Of a stretch of DNA of 64,000 nucleotides, positions 1 through 9,917 are shown piece by piece. The translations under genes were made by a program, and so were the position numbers. Each line of letters starts with the position of its first letter. Within the stretch, counting starts at the first letter, position 1. The notes beneath the pieces are model-generated. The model was not told where the DNA came from. It searched no databases and saw only the letters and a program-made list of their open reading frames with translations. This stretch comes from Planctomycetota bacterium (lineage in GTDB: Bacteria > Planctomycetota > UBA1135 > UBA2386), in assembly GCA_965223545.1 (NCBI GenBank), contig OZ245006.1, positions 6,208,001-6,272,000 on the forward strand, in the 5' to 3' direction.

Positions 1-200
1 CGCAGCGGCTCGGTCGTCAATCCGTCTAGCTGCGGTAGGATGTGCGCGAACAGCTCCGGTGCCATGAACTCCTTGGTGCGCGGGGAGTGCGGACTGATGC
101 AGTAGTCGCAACGGAAGTTGCACTTCGAGGTGATCTCGACGTGCACCACCGGCCGCGGCAGGTGCTCGGCGAGGTAGTCCCGATACGCGGGATGCCGCAT
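1..200 (-). CDS. Radical SAM protein, N-terminal part (runs off the window edge)
   Basis: Manual translation from ATG at 200: MRHPAYRDYLAEHLPRPVVHVEITSKCNFRCDYCISPHSPRTKEFMAPELF; CxxxCxxC motif in the typical EIT-x-x-CN context. Not in the ORF track. Confidence 0.85.
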   Translation of the reverse strand, partial: MRHPAYRDYLAEHLPRPVVHVEITSKCNFRCDYCISPHSPRTKEFMAPELFAHILPQLDGLTTEPL

Positions 201-253
201 CGGACCGTGGAACTCGAACGGTGGAGACGCCGGTGCCTTGCGTCGCATCGGGC

Positions 254-2293
254 TCAACCGCCGATGCCGATGTCGAGGGCCTCGGTGAGCGAGATCTGAC
301 CGAGGCCGGCCCCCTGCGGATCGATCGCGCCGCCGTGGATGCGCAGCGTCACGCCGATCAGGATCGGATCCCACGGCAGGGGCAGATCGAGGTCGGCGTC
401 GCCGCTCGGCGAGCTGGTTCCGTACAGGACCAGCGGAAATGGAAACACCGAGCGCACCACGCAGAAGCCGAAGATGACCACGCTCGTCGTCGGCGTGGAG
501 ACCCCGGCGAACACGGGGGCGCTGGCGCGCAGCGAGGACAGCGAGATTCCGAACGCGCTGTTACCGGCCAACGGGATGCCGCGGTGCGCGATCTGCGGAA
601 TGCCGGCGCTGCCGGCGCAGCCGACGGCGAAGGGCACCACGCTGGGCAGCGCCAACGGGATCGTGTCGGTAGGCAGGGCGGGAGTGTTGGCGACCGGCGC
701 CTGGCGTTGGCCGGCGAGCTGTTCGAATGCGAAGGCGAGTGCGATCAGTCGAGGTTCGCTGAAGGCCGGTCCGGAGAACGTCACCCCGAAGGGCGTCGAC
801 GGCAGGCCGGTCCGCGGGATGAAGCCGGCCGGCACGCAGATGCTGGGGTAGCCGGCGCGCGCGTTGATGTTGGCGCCGTTGGTGCCGGCGTACAGGATCG
901 CGTCGAAATCGTCGGCGTTGCCGGGCACGCCGTCCGGACCGGCGTAGACCGCGTCGAGCGCCATCCGCGACTGCGTCAGGTCGCGCTGGCGGTCGGCGAG
1001 GTAGCGCTGCTCGTCGGCGCTGCCGGGAGTCGTGTCATACTGATCGCACGCGGTCAAGATCGACTGGCCGTAGACCAGGGCTGCGGCCGGGTTCTGGGCG
1101 TTGGAGGCGATGATCTGTGCCAGGCTCTGCATCGGCGCGGTCGGACCGAGGCTGGCCAAGTAGGCGTTGAGGTCGCGCTTCATGCCGAAGATCAGCACGG
1201 TCGACTGATTGCTTTGCGGCGGATACGAGACGGCGATCGGGCCGAGGCTTGCCCGCGGCGGGTTGTAGTCGCTGACCACGGTGGCGCCGGCGGCGCGCAT
1301 CGTGTTGACCGCCGCGGTGACGATCCGATTCTGCTCGGTGCCGGCGCGCAGGGTCGGCACCGCGATGCGCGCACCGCGCAGGGCGCCGCGATCCAGAAAC
1401 TGGGTGTAGTCCGAGAAGCAATTGCCCGGCGTGAGGCAGGCCGCGGTGGCCGGGTCGTTGGCATCGTGGCCCGCGATCACGCCGAGCACCGCGGCGGCGT
1501 CGGCCACCGTCCGCGCCATCGGCCCGGCGGTGTCCTGATCGGCGGTGATCGGCACGATCCCGTCGCGGCTGACGAGGCCGAGGGTCGGTTTGATGCCGAC
1601 GATTCCGTTGGCGTTGCTCGGCGACAAGATCGATCCCGAGGTCTCGGTGCCGATGGCGACGGCCGCCAGGTTGGCCGACACCGAGATGCCCGAGCCAGAG
1701 CTGGAGCCGCCGGTGTTGGTGATCGACGCGCCGCTGGGGCGCCGCCGTGGGTCGTACGGGTTGGCGCCGTGGCCGCCCAAGGCGCTGTAGCCGTTCGGCA
1801 TGCCGAGGGCCATGAAGTTCGCCATCTCGGTCAGCGTGGTCTTGCCGACGATCACCGCGCCCGCGGCGCGCAGCTTCTGCGTCAGGAACGCGTCGTCGGG
1901 TGGAAACGACTGCTGCAGCGCGAGCGAGCCGGCGGTCGTCGGCTGTGGCAAGGCGTCGATGTTGTCCTTGAGCAGCACCGGGATGCCGAACAGCGGACCG
2001 GGAGGCGCGCCGCCCTGACTCGCACGGTCGAGGGCCTGCGCCTCGTCCAGTGCCGCCGGGTTGAGCGCGAGGATCGAGTTCAGTACCGGACCGGTCTGAT
2101 CGTAGGCCGCGATCCGCGCCAAATAGCGTCCGAGCAGGCCCTCGGCGGTCAGCAGTCCGCTCGCCATCTGCGCGTGGAGCTCGGCGATGGAAGCCTCCAC
2201 CAGCGGCAGCGGTGCGCTCTCGGCCGGCGATTGCGCGCCAGCCGGCAAGCAGGAGAGTACGGTGGCCAGTGGGGCGATGGTGAGTCGATGCAT
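254..2293 (-). CDS. Secreted amidase-signature family protein with extra C-terminal domain
   Basis: Signal peptide; amidase motifs LLKDNID, GGSSSGS, GTETSGSI; about 130 aa C-terminal extension ending LTEALDIGIGG. Confidence 0.92.
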   Translation of the reverse strand: MHRLTIAPLATVLSCLPAGAQSPAESAPLPLVEASIAELHAQMASGLLTAEGLLGRYLARIAAYDQTGPVLNSILALNPAALDEAQALDRASQGGAPPGPLFGIPVLLKDNIDALPQPTTAGSLALQQSFPPDDAFLTQKLRAAGAVIVGKTTLTEMANFMALGMPNGYSALGGHGANPYDPRRRPSGASITNTGGSSSGSGISVSANLAAVAIGTETSGSILSPSNANGIVGIKPTLGLVSRDGIVPITADQDTAGPMARTVADAAAVLGVIAGHDANDPATAACLTPGNCFSDYTQFLDRGALRGARIAVPTLRAGTEQNRIVTAAVNTMRAAGATVVSDYNPPRASLGPIAVSYPPQSNQSTVLIFGMKRDLNAYLASLGPTAPMQSLAQIIASNAQNPAAALVYGQSILTACDQYDTTPGSADEQRYLADRQRDLTQSRMALDAVYAGPDGVPGNADDFDAILYAGTNGANINARAGYPSICVPAGFIPRTGLPSTPFGVTFSGPAFSEPRLIALAFAFEQLAGQRQAPVANTPALPTDTIPLALPSVVPFAVGCAGSAGIPQIAHRGIPLAGNSAFGISLSSLRASAPVFAGVSTPTTSVVIFGFCVVRSVFPFPLVLYGTSSPSGDADLDLPLPWDPILIGVTLRIHGGAIDPQGAGLGQISLTEALDIGIGG

Positions 2294-2471
2294 GGCGGTC
2301 TCGGTCGGAGGTGTCTCCAGCTATCGTAAGAGTTGGGCACCCGCCGTCGAGGCGCGGTCTCGGTCGCGCGCTCGCCTCCCTGCCACGGGATCGTGGAGCA
2401 GCCAAGCGCGGGGTGGATCGCGCGGTGGCCGGTGGGTAAACCGGCGAGGACTGCAGCTACGAGGTCGCCGC

Positions 2472-2906
2472 ATGCTGGTGAAGAGCGCCCTGGTGCGCAA
2501 ACCCCTGACCGTCGGTCCCGACACGTCGTTGACCGAGTTCATCGATGCCGTGCTCGACTCCAACCAAACCACCGCCGCCGTCATCGAGGGGGAGCGGCTG
2601 GTCGGCATGGTGTCGGCGATGGACGTGTTCCGGCGCATCGTGCCGCCGTATCTCGAGCGCGACACGCACCTGCTGACCGCGGTGCGCGACAGCTACTTCG
2701 ACGAGAAGTTCGAGAAGTTTCGCCACGTCGCGGTGCGTGAGATCATGGTCAGCGCCCCCGATGTCCTGGCGCCGGAGGAGTCGGTGGCGCGTGCGGTGGC
2801 CCTGTTCGTCCACAAGGGCCGCAAGTCGCTCGCCGTCGTCGACGACGGGCGTTACGTCGGCACCATCACGCGGCGCAGCATCCTGCGCACTCTGCGGCGG
2901 CGTTGA
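2472..2906 (+). CDS. CBS-domain pair protein
   Basis: From ATG 2472 (MLVKSALVRKPLTVGPD); two CBS repeats (LVGMVSAMDV, YVGTITRRSIL); 6 nt upstream of the transporter gene. Confidence 0.85.
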   Translation: MLVKSALVRKPLTVGPDTSLTEFIDAVLDSNQTTAAVIEGERLVGMVSAMDVFRRIVPPYLERDTHLLTAVRDSYFDEKFEKFRHVAVREIMVSAPDVLAPEESVARAVALFVHKGRKSLAVVDDGRYVGTITRRSILRTLRRR

Positions 2907-2912
2907 TTCGCG

Positions 2913-4259
2913 ATGCTGGGTTCGGCGGACTACTACTGGCTGACGGCCGCGATCTTCGTCCTGGCCTTCGTCGCGATCCTCTCCGAGCGCATCCACAAGA
3001 CCAAGGTGGCGCTGTTCGGCGGCGCGTTGATGGTGGCTCTGCCGATCCTCAGCCAGGACGAGGCGTTCTACTCGGAGCGCTACGGCATCGACTACAACGT
3101 CGTGTTCCTGCTGATCTCGATGATGATCATCGTCAAGATCGTCAGTCTGAGCGGCATCTTCGAGTGGGCGGCAATCCGCGCCGCCAAGTTGGCCGGCGGC
3201 CGTCCGCTCAACATCCTGGTGATCTTCGTCCTGCTCACCGCGGTCGCCTCGGCGTTTCTGGACAATGTCACCACGGTCCTGTTCATCGCGCCGATCACCC
3301 TGCTGATCGCCGATGAGCTCGACGTCGACCCGATTCCGTTTCTGCTGGCCGAGGCGTTGGCGTCGAACATCGGCGGCACCGCGACGCTGATCGGCGACCC
3401 GCCCAACATCATCATCGCCTCGCGCGCCGGTCTGTCGTTCATGGACTTCCTGGTGCACGTCGCGCCCGCCGTGCTGGTGATGATGGCCGCGTTCGTGGTC
3501 GCCATCGTGTTGCTGTTCGGAGGGCGATTGACCGTCGAGGAGAGCAAGCGCCAGCGCATCCTGGCGATGGACGAGCGCACCGTGATCAAGGACGCCTCGT
3601 TGGCGCGGCGCTCATTGGTCGTGCTGGCGCTGACGATCGCCGGCTTCGCGCTGCACGGGGTGCTGCACTACGAGCCGGCGACGATCGCGCTGATGGGGGC
3701 CGGCGCCCTTCTGCTGATCAGCCGGCGCGATCCGCACGAGATCCTGGCCGATGTCGAGTGGCCGACCATCTTCTTCTTCATCGGCTTGTTCTTGATGGTC
3801 GGTGGCGTCGCCAAGGTGGGGTTGATCGAGGACGTCTCGCAGCTGGTGATGGAGGTCACCAAGCCGACGCCCGAGGACACCTACGGCACGAGCATGGTGA
3901 TCTTGTGGTTCTCGGCGGTCGCTTCCGCCGTGGTCGACAACATTCCGTACGTCGCCACGATGGCGCCGCTCGTCGTCGACATGGCCAACAACGTGTTTCA
4001 CAACGGCGAGCTCGAGCAGGTGCCGGCCGAAACCTTGTTGAGCGCGCCGATGCAACCGGTGTGGTGGGCGTTGTCGCTGGGCTCGTGTCTGGGCGGCAAC
4101 GGCACGCCGATCGGTGCCTCGGCAAACGTGATCGTGCTCGGCATCGCGGAGAAGTCCGGGATCATGATCAGCTTCTTGCGCTTCGTGGCCTACGGCGTGC
4201 CCACCGTGCTGGTGACTCTGGCGATCAGCCACGTCTACCTCACGCTGCGCTACTTCTGA
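2913..4259 (+). CDS. ArsB/NhaD (ion transporter superfamily) permease
   Basis: Highly hydrophobic; motifs SAFLDNVTT, SNIGGTATLIGDPPNIII, SAVVDNIP, LGGNGTPIGASANV. Confidence 0.92.
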   Translation: MLGSADYYWLTAAIFVLAFVAILSERIHKTKVALFGGALMVALPILSQDEAFYSERYGIDYNVVFLLISMMIIVKIVSLSGIFEWAAIRAAKLAGGRPLNILVIFVLLTAVASAFLDNVTTVLFIAPITLLIADELDVDPIPFLLAEALASNIGGTATLIGDPPNIIIASRAGLSFMDFLVHVAPAVLVMMAAFVVAIVLLFGGRLTVEESKRQRILAMDERTVIKDASLARRSLVVLALTIAGFALHGVLHYEPATIALMGAGALLLISRRDPHEILADVEWPTIFFFIGLFLMVGGVAKVGLIEDVSQLVMEVTKPTPEDTYGTSMVILWFSAVASAVVDNIPYVATMAPLVVDMANNVFHNGELEQVPAETLLSAPMQPVWWALSLGSCLGGNGTPIGASANVIVLGIAEKSGIMISFLRFVAYGVPTVLVTLAISHVYLTLRYF

Positions 4260-4285
4260 GGCCGGGCGGCGCGCGCCGCCCGGCC
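4260..4285. terminator. GC-rich palindrome between convergent genes
   Basis: GGCCGGGCGGCG-CG-CGCCGCCCGGCC directly after the permease stop; no U-tract. Confidence 0.45.
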
Positions 4286-4295
4286 GCGCTGTCGC

Positions 4296-7280
4296 TCAGC
4301 GCCGGTGGTGGTTGTGCGCGGTCTCGACGCTCAGGTCGTTGCCGTCGCCGTGGCAGATGGCGCAGCTCTCCAGCCCCAGCGCGCTGTTGGCGGCCATGTG
4401 CGCCAAAGCCGTGCGGCCGTCGTGGCAGGAGCCACACACCATTCGCCATTCGAGATGGGGCGCGGTGCTGGCCTCGTCCGGGTGCAGCCGCAGTGTTGGC
4501 GCGTGCCAGGCAGTGTTTCCGGTGCCGTGGCAGGCCTCGCAATTGGCGGTGCCGCCCTTGAACGACGGGAAGCCCACGTGCTCGTAGCTGTGCGGGTTGC
4601 CGCGAAAGCCGATCACTTGATAGTTGGCGCCGGCCGCCAGATCCAAGCCGTGGTGGATCTTGTGGATCATGCCGCGGAACTCGATGGTGACGCCAGGCGT
4701 CGGCAGGCTGCTCAGGCCACTGGTCTTGTAGATCGGCCAGTCCTCGGCGCCGGCGACCCCGTGGCACAATGTGCAGTTGTCGTAGCCGCGGCGATGGGCG
4801 CCGTGGAACTGCAGGTCGCGGTGGCAGGCGTAGCATGAAGCCGCGCTCTCGATGCGGGTATTGGCTTCCAACGGGCCGCTGCTGCCCAGCCGGAACGCCG
4901 CCACCGTGTTGCCTTCGGCCCCCTCGGTGTACGACGTGATCTGGCTGTTGCCGCCACCGCTGACGGTGACGTCGAAGCTGACTTCGCCGTAGATGCCGAG
5001 GCGGTAGGTGCCGTCGACCAGGTCCATTCCGGTCCATTCGCCGATCGTCGCGTCCAGCGCCGGGGCGTTGGGGTCGGTTGACGGGCTGTTGTTGATCGCA
5101 CCGCGGTAGCGCTGCGGAACGGCGAAGTCGGTCGTGTAGGTCACCAGCACGCGGCCGCTCGGCGCTGCGCCGAAGGTGATCGTGCCGGTCGCCTCATCCA
5201 GGGTGAACCCGGTCTCGGCGGTGGCGGTCACGGCGACGACTTCGACGCTCGCACTGGCCAGGTGCTGGTTTCTCGGAACGCTGCCGACCACGTCGATCGG
5301 CGCGGCGAACCACAGCCGATCGTCCTGCACGGCCAGCACCTCGACGTACTCTCGGGACGCGGTGGCTTCGTCGATGACGATGATGTCGCCGGCGGCAAAG
5401 CCCGAGCCATCGGTCACGTCCAGATAGTTCTGGTGGGGCGCGACGTCGGCCGTCAAGAAGACTCCCGAGCTCACGCCGGTCGGCACTGTCCAGACCAGGG
5501 TCTGGCCATGTGTGCCGAAGCGCGTGTCGTAGTGCGGCGTGCGCGCGGTGTTGAACACCGTCGCGGAGACTGGCGTCGCCTCCTCCAGCGGGACCCTCTC
5601 GGGCAGGATGAAGGTGTGGCTGCTGCCGGCGCCGGTCAGGATCGATGTCGGCGACGGCGCGCGGGACGGGTTGCTGTTGAAGCCGGTGAAGTAGAGCGAG
5701 TTGGGATTCTCCACCGGTCCCGTGGCGATGATCTCGACGCGCTCCAGCGCGGCGGGGTCGACCCGCGCGCCCTGGCCGTCGACCAGGTCGACCGCGACCT
5801 CGATCCCCTCGCCGACCTCGATCAAACCGTCGCCGTCACCGTTGACCTCGTTGATCGCGGTGACGTTGAACTGCAGCCCGCGGGCGCCGGCGCCGGCACC
5901 CCACAACGGGGTGGGGCTGGTGTCCAGCAGCGGGTGGGTGTGCGCCTTGCGCACGTTGATCGCGGCGTTCGGGTTGGTCGGCGCCTCGCCGTGGCACGCC
6001 GTGCAGGTGGTGTCGTCCAGCGACGCCGGCATCGTGCGGCCGTTCGCGGTGTAGGGTTTGCTCGGGTCCCAGTCGTCGTGGCAGGCGATGCAGGCCCGGG
6101 TCACGATCGTGTTGCTGAAGATCGCGTCGCCGTCGGCGGGAGGCTGTTGCGGGCCGGTGCCGTCCGGGTCGCCGTGGCAGGCGGCGCAGTTGGTCGGGCC
6201 GCCCAGGATCGCGTCCTCGATGTCCTGCTCGTTGCCCGCCAGGGCGTCGTAGCCGACGTCGCGCGGCATGCCTTGCGACAGGTGCGGCCACTGCGGGAAC
6301 GCGACGTGGGAGAAGTCGAACTCGCCGCGCGAACGCACGATGACGTACGGAGTCGGGCTCCCGTACACCGGGTCGCCGGCGCCGTCCACCGACTTTCCGT
6401 TGACGCTCGGCAGGTGCCGGCCGGAGTGGATCTTGTGGATCATCGTCTGGAACGAGATGCTCAAGCCCAGGGTCTCGCCGGCCACCGCGTTGGGGTCGTT
6501 GAGGTCTTCGGCGCCGTTGGTGTGACACAACACGCACATCGCGACGCCGTAGCGGTTGTCGCCGTGCGCGCGCAGCGTCGTGTGGCAGCTCTGGCAGTTG
6601 GCATCGGTCACCAGCTCGGGATGGTCGATCTGCGTCGCGCTGCCGAACAAGACATCGATGGTCGTCGACGTGGCATCGCGGAAGGTGGTCCCCTCGATCT
6701 CGATGTTCTGCCGCATCGATATGCCGATCGTGTAGGTGCCGTCGGGCAGCGGCTGGCCGGCCAGGGTGCCGGAGTCGTAGGGGATGGTGTTGGCCTGGTT
6801 GATCTGGTCCGGCACCGTCACCGGGATCGGGTCGGGCCAGGTGAACGTCCAGCTGCCATCCGCGTTCTGCGTGGCGTTGTCGGCGATGTCGCGCGTGCTC
6901 AGCATGAGCTGGTAGTTGTTGGCCGGGCCGGCGAACAGCGCTTCCTGGAACGCCCAGTTGGCGGACGGAATCGGATCGCCCGGCGGGTTGCTGCCCTGCG
7001 CGCCCTCGGTCGCGGTGAAGGTGACCGCGATGCGATCGCCCGCGCGGAAGTTGCCGTTGGGCCCGGAGCCGCCGTCGACGTCGACGATCTGCAGGTTGAA
7101 GCCGGGCAGTGCACTGCTACGGGTCAGCGTGGGGGTGTTGCCGCCGGGGGGGCCGGGCGGACCCTGAGCGCCGTCGTCCCCGCTGCACGCTACGCCGAGC
7201 AGTGTCAGAGCCAAGATGGCGCTGGTCCGGCGGTGCGCGTTCACCGGGGGCGGGAAGGCGGAAGTACGGATCGGTGACAT
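4296..7280 (-). CDS. OmcA/MtrC-like decaheme c-type cytochrome lipoprotein (copy 1)
   Basis: Start ATG 7280; lipobox LLGVAC then GAQGPPGPPG; 10 CxxCH motifs in two groups of five; MIHKIH motif in each heme domain. Confidence 0.88.
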   Translation of the reverse strand: MSPIRTSAFPPPVNAHRRTSAILALTLLGVACSGDDGAQGPPGPPGGNTPTLTRSSALPGFNLQIVDVDGGSGPNGNFRAGDRIAVTFTATEGAQGSNPPGDPIPSANWAFQEALFAGPANNYQLMLSTRDIADNATQNADGSWTFTWPDPIPVTVPDQINQANTIPYDSGTLAGQPLPDGTYTIGISMRQNIEIEGTTFRDATSTTIDVLFGSATQIDHPELVTDANCQSCHTTLRAHGDNRYGVAMCVLCHTNGAEDLNDPNAVAGETLGLSISFQTMIHKIHSGRHLPSVNGKSVDGAGDPVYGSPTPYVIVRSRGEFDFSHVAFPQWPHLSQGMPRDVGYDALAGNEQDIEDAILGGPTNCAACHGDPDGTGPQQPPADGDAIFSNTIVTRACIACHDDWDPSKPYTANGRTMPASLDDTTCTACHGEAPTNPNAAINVRKAHTHPLLDTSPTPLWGAGAGARGLQFNVTAINEVNGDGDGLIEVGEGIEVAVDLVDGQGARVDPAALERVEIIATGPVENPNSLYFTGFNSNPSRAPSPTSILTGAGSSHTFILPERVPLEEATPVSATVFNTARTPHYDTRFGTHGQTLVWTVPTGVSSGVFLTADVAPHQNYLDVTDGSGFAAGDIIVIDEATASREYVEVLAVQDDRLWFAAPIDVVGSVPRNQHLASASVEVVAVTATAETGFTLDEATGTITFGAAPSGRVLVTYTTDFAVPQRYRGAINNSPSTDPNAPALDATIGEWTGMDLVDGTYRLGIYGEVSFDVTVSGGGNSQITSYTEGAEGNTVAAFRLGSSGPLEANTRIESAASCYACHRDLQFHGAHRRGYDNCTLCHGVAGAEDWPIYKTSGLSSLPTPGVTIEFRGMIHKIHHGLDLAAGANYQVIGFRGNPHSYEHVGFPSFKGGTANCEACHGTGNTAWHAPTLRLHPDEASTAPHLEWRMVCGSCHDGRTALAHMAANSALGLESCAICHGDGNDLSVETAHNHHRR

Positions 7281-7370
7281 CGTCGGCTCCGGGTTTCGGG
7301 GGATGAAGGCAGGAGACCTGCATCCTCGAGACGCGCGCGCCAACGTTGCAATTTCCGCCGAGCATCCGGC

Positions 7371-8453
7371 GTGGTGCAGATAGCCGTGCGCTGGAAACCT
7401 CTGTTGCTCTTGGTGGTGTTGGTCGCGATGGCCGGGCTCTTCTTCGGCGTCCGGCGAGCGGCCGATGCCGAGCCCGCCTCCGTTGCGCGCGGTTCGACCC
7501 CGCGCGCGATGCCGATACCGCGTGTGGCGGAGACGATCACGGTCCGCAGCCCGGTCGGCAGCGCGGGGGAGGTCGCCGGCGTCGCCAACCCGATGTCCGA
7601 CGCGGTCGCATCGGCCGGGTTCGGCACCGTGGTGCTGCACGTGCGGTCCACCGGCGAAGAGCCGGCACTTGTTGCGCAGTGGCGGCTCGTGGAGGCCGTT
7701 GCGGGCATGCCGCTGGGCGGTGAGCTCACCGGAGGATTCGCACAGCTCCGGGTCCCGCGCGGTCGCTCGGTGCAGGTCGTGCTCGTGGCCGCCGGTCATC
7801 AGCCGTCGCTACCGGTCGACGTCTCGCTCGCGATCGATGAGCGATCGCGCGCGCTGGTGGTTCCACTGGTTCCGCGTCGCGGTTCTGCCATCGTGCTGCG
7901 GGTCGCCGACCGGCACGGGCGCGCCGTACCCGCCATTCGCGTCCTCGCCGAGCGCCGCGTCGGCTGGCACCAGTGGCAGGCGCGGCCGCCGCGGATTCTG
8001 GCTGCGCACGCGGGATCGTTTTCAGTGCCCGTCCCCCAGGACGGGGCACATCGCTTGAAGGTCGTCGGCTTGGATGCTGCCCATCGCCCCTGGCCGGCTT
8101 TGGCGGTGACCGCCAGTCTTCGCGTGCCGGCCGACGCGGAGGACGCGCTCGACCTGCGGCTGCCGGCGGGCGGGACGGTCGAGCTGTGTGCCGCGGCCGC
8201 GTTGCCGGCGGGGACCACCGCCGAGATCTCCGCGCGCGACGGGCTCGTGCGCGGTCGGCGTTGGTTGCGGCTCGGCGGCGGCGATGCGGTGCCGTGCACC
8301 GTGCTCACCGGCCACCGGCGTTGGGTTTGCGAGCACCCATTCCCGCCCGGTGAGTACACCGTGTTCGTCCATTGGCCGAGCGACGGGCAGAGCTATCCGG
8401 TGCGGGTGCACGCCGACCGTCGCGTGAAAGTCCGGCTCGGACCCCGGAGTTGA
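7371..8453 (+). CDS. Membrane-anchored hypothetical protein with probable beta-sandwich (carboxypeptidase-regulatory-like) domains
   Basis: N-terminal hydrophobic helix LLLLVVLVAMAGLFFGV; beta-rich pattern such as VLRVADRHGRAVP; fills the gap between cytochrome genes. Confidence 0.6.
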   Translation: MVQIAVRWKPLLLLVVLVAMAGLFFGVRRAADAEPASVARGSTPRAMPIPRVAETITVRSPVGSAGEVAGVANPMSDAVASAGFGTVVLHVRSTGEEPALVAQWRLVEAVAGMPLGGELTGGFAQLRVPRGRSVQVVLVAAGHQPSLPVDVSLAIDERSRALVVPLVPRRGSAIVLRVADRHGRAVPAIRVLAERRVGWHQWQARPPRILAAHAGSFSVPVPQDGAHRLKVVGLDAAHRPWPALAVTASLRVPADAEDALDLRLPAGGTVELCAAAALPAGTTAEISARDGLVRGRRWLRLGGGDAVPCTVLTGHRRWVCEHPFPPGEYTVFVHWPSDGQSYPVRVHADRRVKVRLGPRS

Positions 8454-8498
8454 GTTCTCCCGTGAGCTGCCGACTGGGCGCTGCACGAAGAGCCAGCC

Positions 8499-9917
8499 AT
8501 GAGCCATGAACCGAGGACCGCACCCACCGGCGGCACGCTGGACCGGATCCATCGGCTGATCCGCTCGAACTGGCTGTCGTCGAGCGGGGCCGCGATCGCC
8601 ACGCTGGGGTTGCTCGGCACGGTGACCGGGCTTTCGCTGCACGCCGCCGGTGCTTGGAGTGGCCCCTACGTCGGCATTCTGACGGTGATCGTCCTGCCGG
8701 CGCTGTTCGTCTTCGGCCTGCTGCTCGTGCCGCTCGGCTTGCTGGTCTACCGGCGGCAGCTGCACGACCGCGTGCGGCGCCTCGCCGACCGGCCGATGTA
8801 CCTGGCGCGCGCAGTGGCCGCGCTGACCATCGTCAACTTCGCAGGGGTCGCCACCGTCGGCTACACCGGCGTCAGCTACATGAGCTCGACGCAGTTCTGC
8901 GGCACCGCCTGCCACCAGGCGATGGAGCCGGAGTACCTGGCCTATCAGCACTCACCCCACGCCAACGTCGGCTGTGTCGCGTGCCACGTCGGCGAGGGTG
9001 CCCAGGCGTTCGTCGAGTCCAAGCTCAACGGCGTCAGCCAGCTGATCGGCTACTTGACCGACGACTACAGCCGGCCGATCCCAACGCCGGTGCACAACCT
9101 GCGGCCGGCGGACGAGACCTGCGAGAATTGCCATTGGCCGGAGAAATACCTCGGCACCAAGCTGATGGTGCGGCCGCACTACCGCGAGGACGAGGCGGTC
9201 TCCGCCTACGTCAACGTGCTGTTGATGCGCACCGGCGGGACGCGCGCCGATGGCGCGTCGACCGGTATCCACTGGCATGCCCATCCGGACGTGACGGTCG
9301 AGTACGTCGCCACCGATCCGCACCGCGAGAAGATCCCGTGGGTGAGGGTGCGCGACCGCGACGGCAGCGAGCGCGTGTTCACCGAAGAAGGCGTCGACCC
9401 AAGCACACCGCCACCCGGTGCGCTGCGGCGGATGGACTGCACCGACTGCCACAACCGTGCCGCGCACGCCTTCGAGCGCCCCGAGGACGCGGTCGACGCC
9501 GCGATCGCGGCCGGCATGATCGACCGCAGGCTTCCCTTCGTGCGCAAGCACGCCGTCGAGGTCCTGCGCATGGGGCACACCCGCGAGGGCGCGGCGGCCG
9601 CGATCCGCCGCGCCATGCACGCGGCGTACAACGCCGATGGCGTGCTCGATGCCGACACCCGGCCGGCGCTGGAACCGGCGATCGAGGCCTTGATCGAGAT
9701 CTGGCAGCGCAACGTCTACCCCGATCGCAAGCTGTTCTGGGACTCGTATCCCGACCTCAGCGCCCACTACGGCTGCATGCGCTGCCATGAAGGCAATCAC
9801 CGCGACGCCGCGGGCGCGGTGATCCCGTCCAAGTGCAACGTCTGCCACGTCGTCTTGAGCGACGAGGAGGAGGACCCCGCGATCTTGAATGCGTTGGGGT
9901 TGCAGTTGCCGCGGTGA
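8499..9917 (+). CDS. NapC/NirT-family membrane-anchored multiheme cytochrome c (probable quinol dehydrogenase)
   Basis: Three N-terminal TM helices; YMSSTQFCGTACHQAM and SPHANVGCVACH NapC-type region; 5 CxxCH plus 1 CxxxCH. Confidence 0.88.
   Translation: MSHEPRTAPTGGTLDRIHRLIRSNWLSSSGAAIATLGLLGTVTGLSLHAAGAWSGPYVGILTVIVLPALFVFGLLLVPLGLLVYRRQLHDRVRRLADRPMYLARAVAALTIVNFAGVATVGYTGVSYMSSTQFCGTACHQAMEPEYLAYQHSPHANVGCVACHVGEGAQAFVESKLNGVSQLIGYLTDDYSRPIPTPVHNLRPADETCENCHWPEKYLGTKLMVRPHYREDEAVSAYVNVLLMRTGGTRADGASTGIHWHAHPDVTVEYVATDPHREKIPWVRVRDRDGSERVFTEEGVDPSTPPPGALRRMDCTDCHNRAAHAFERPEDAVDAAIAAGMIDRRLPFVRKHAVEVLRMGHTREGAAAAIRRAMHAAYNADGVLDADTRPALEPAIEALIEIWQRNVYPDRKLFWDSYPDLSAHYGCMRCHEGNHRDAAGAVIPSKCNVCHVVLSDEEEDPAILNALGLQLPR

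Noticed and set aside
7281..7370. FNR or Fur box in the divergent cytochrome promoter region
   Set aside because: No TTGAT-N4-ATCAA or Fur-like AT-rich motif; only short palindromes such as CAACGTTG.
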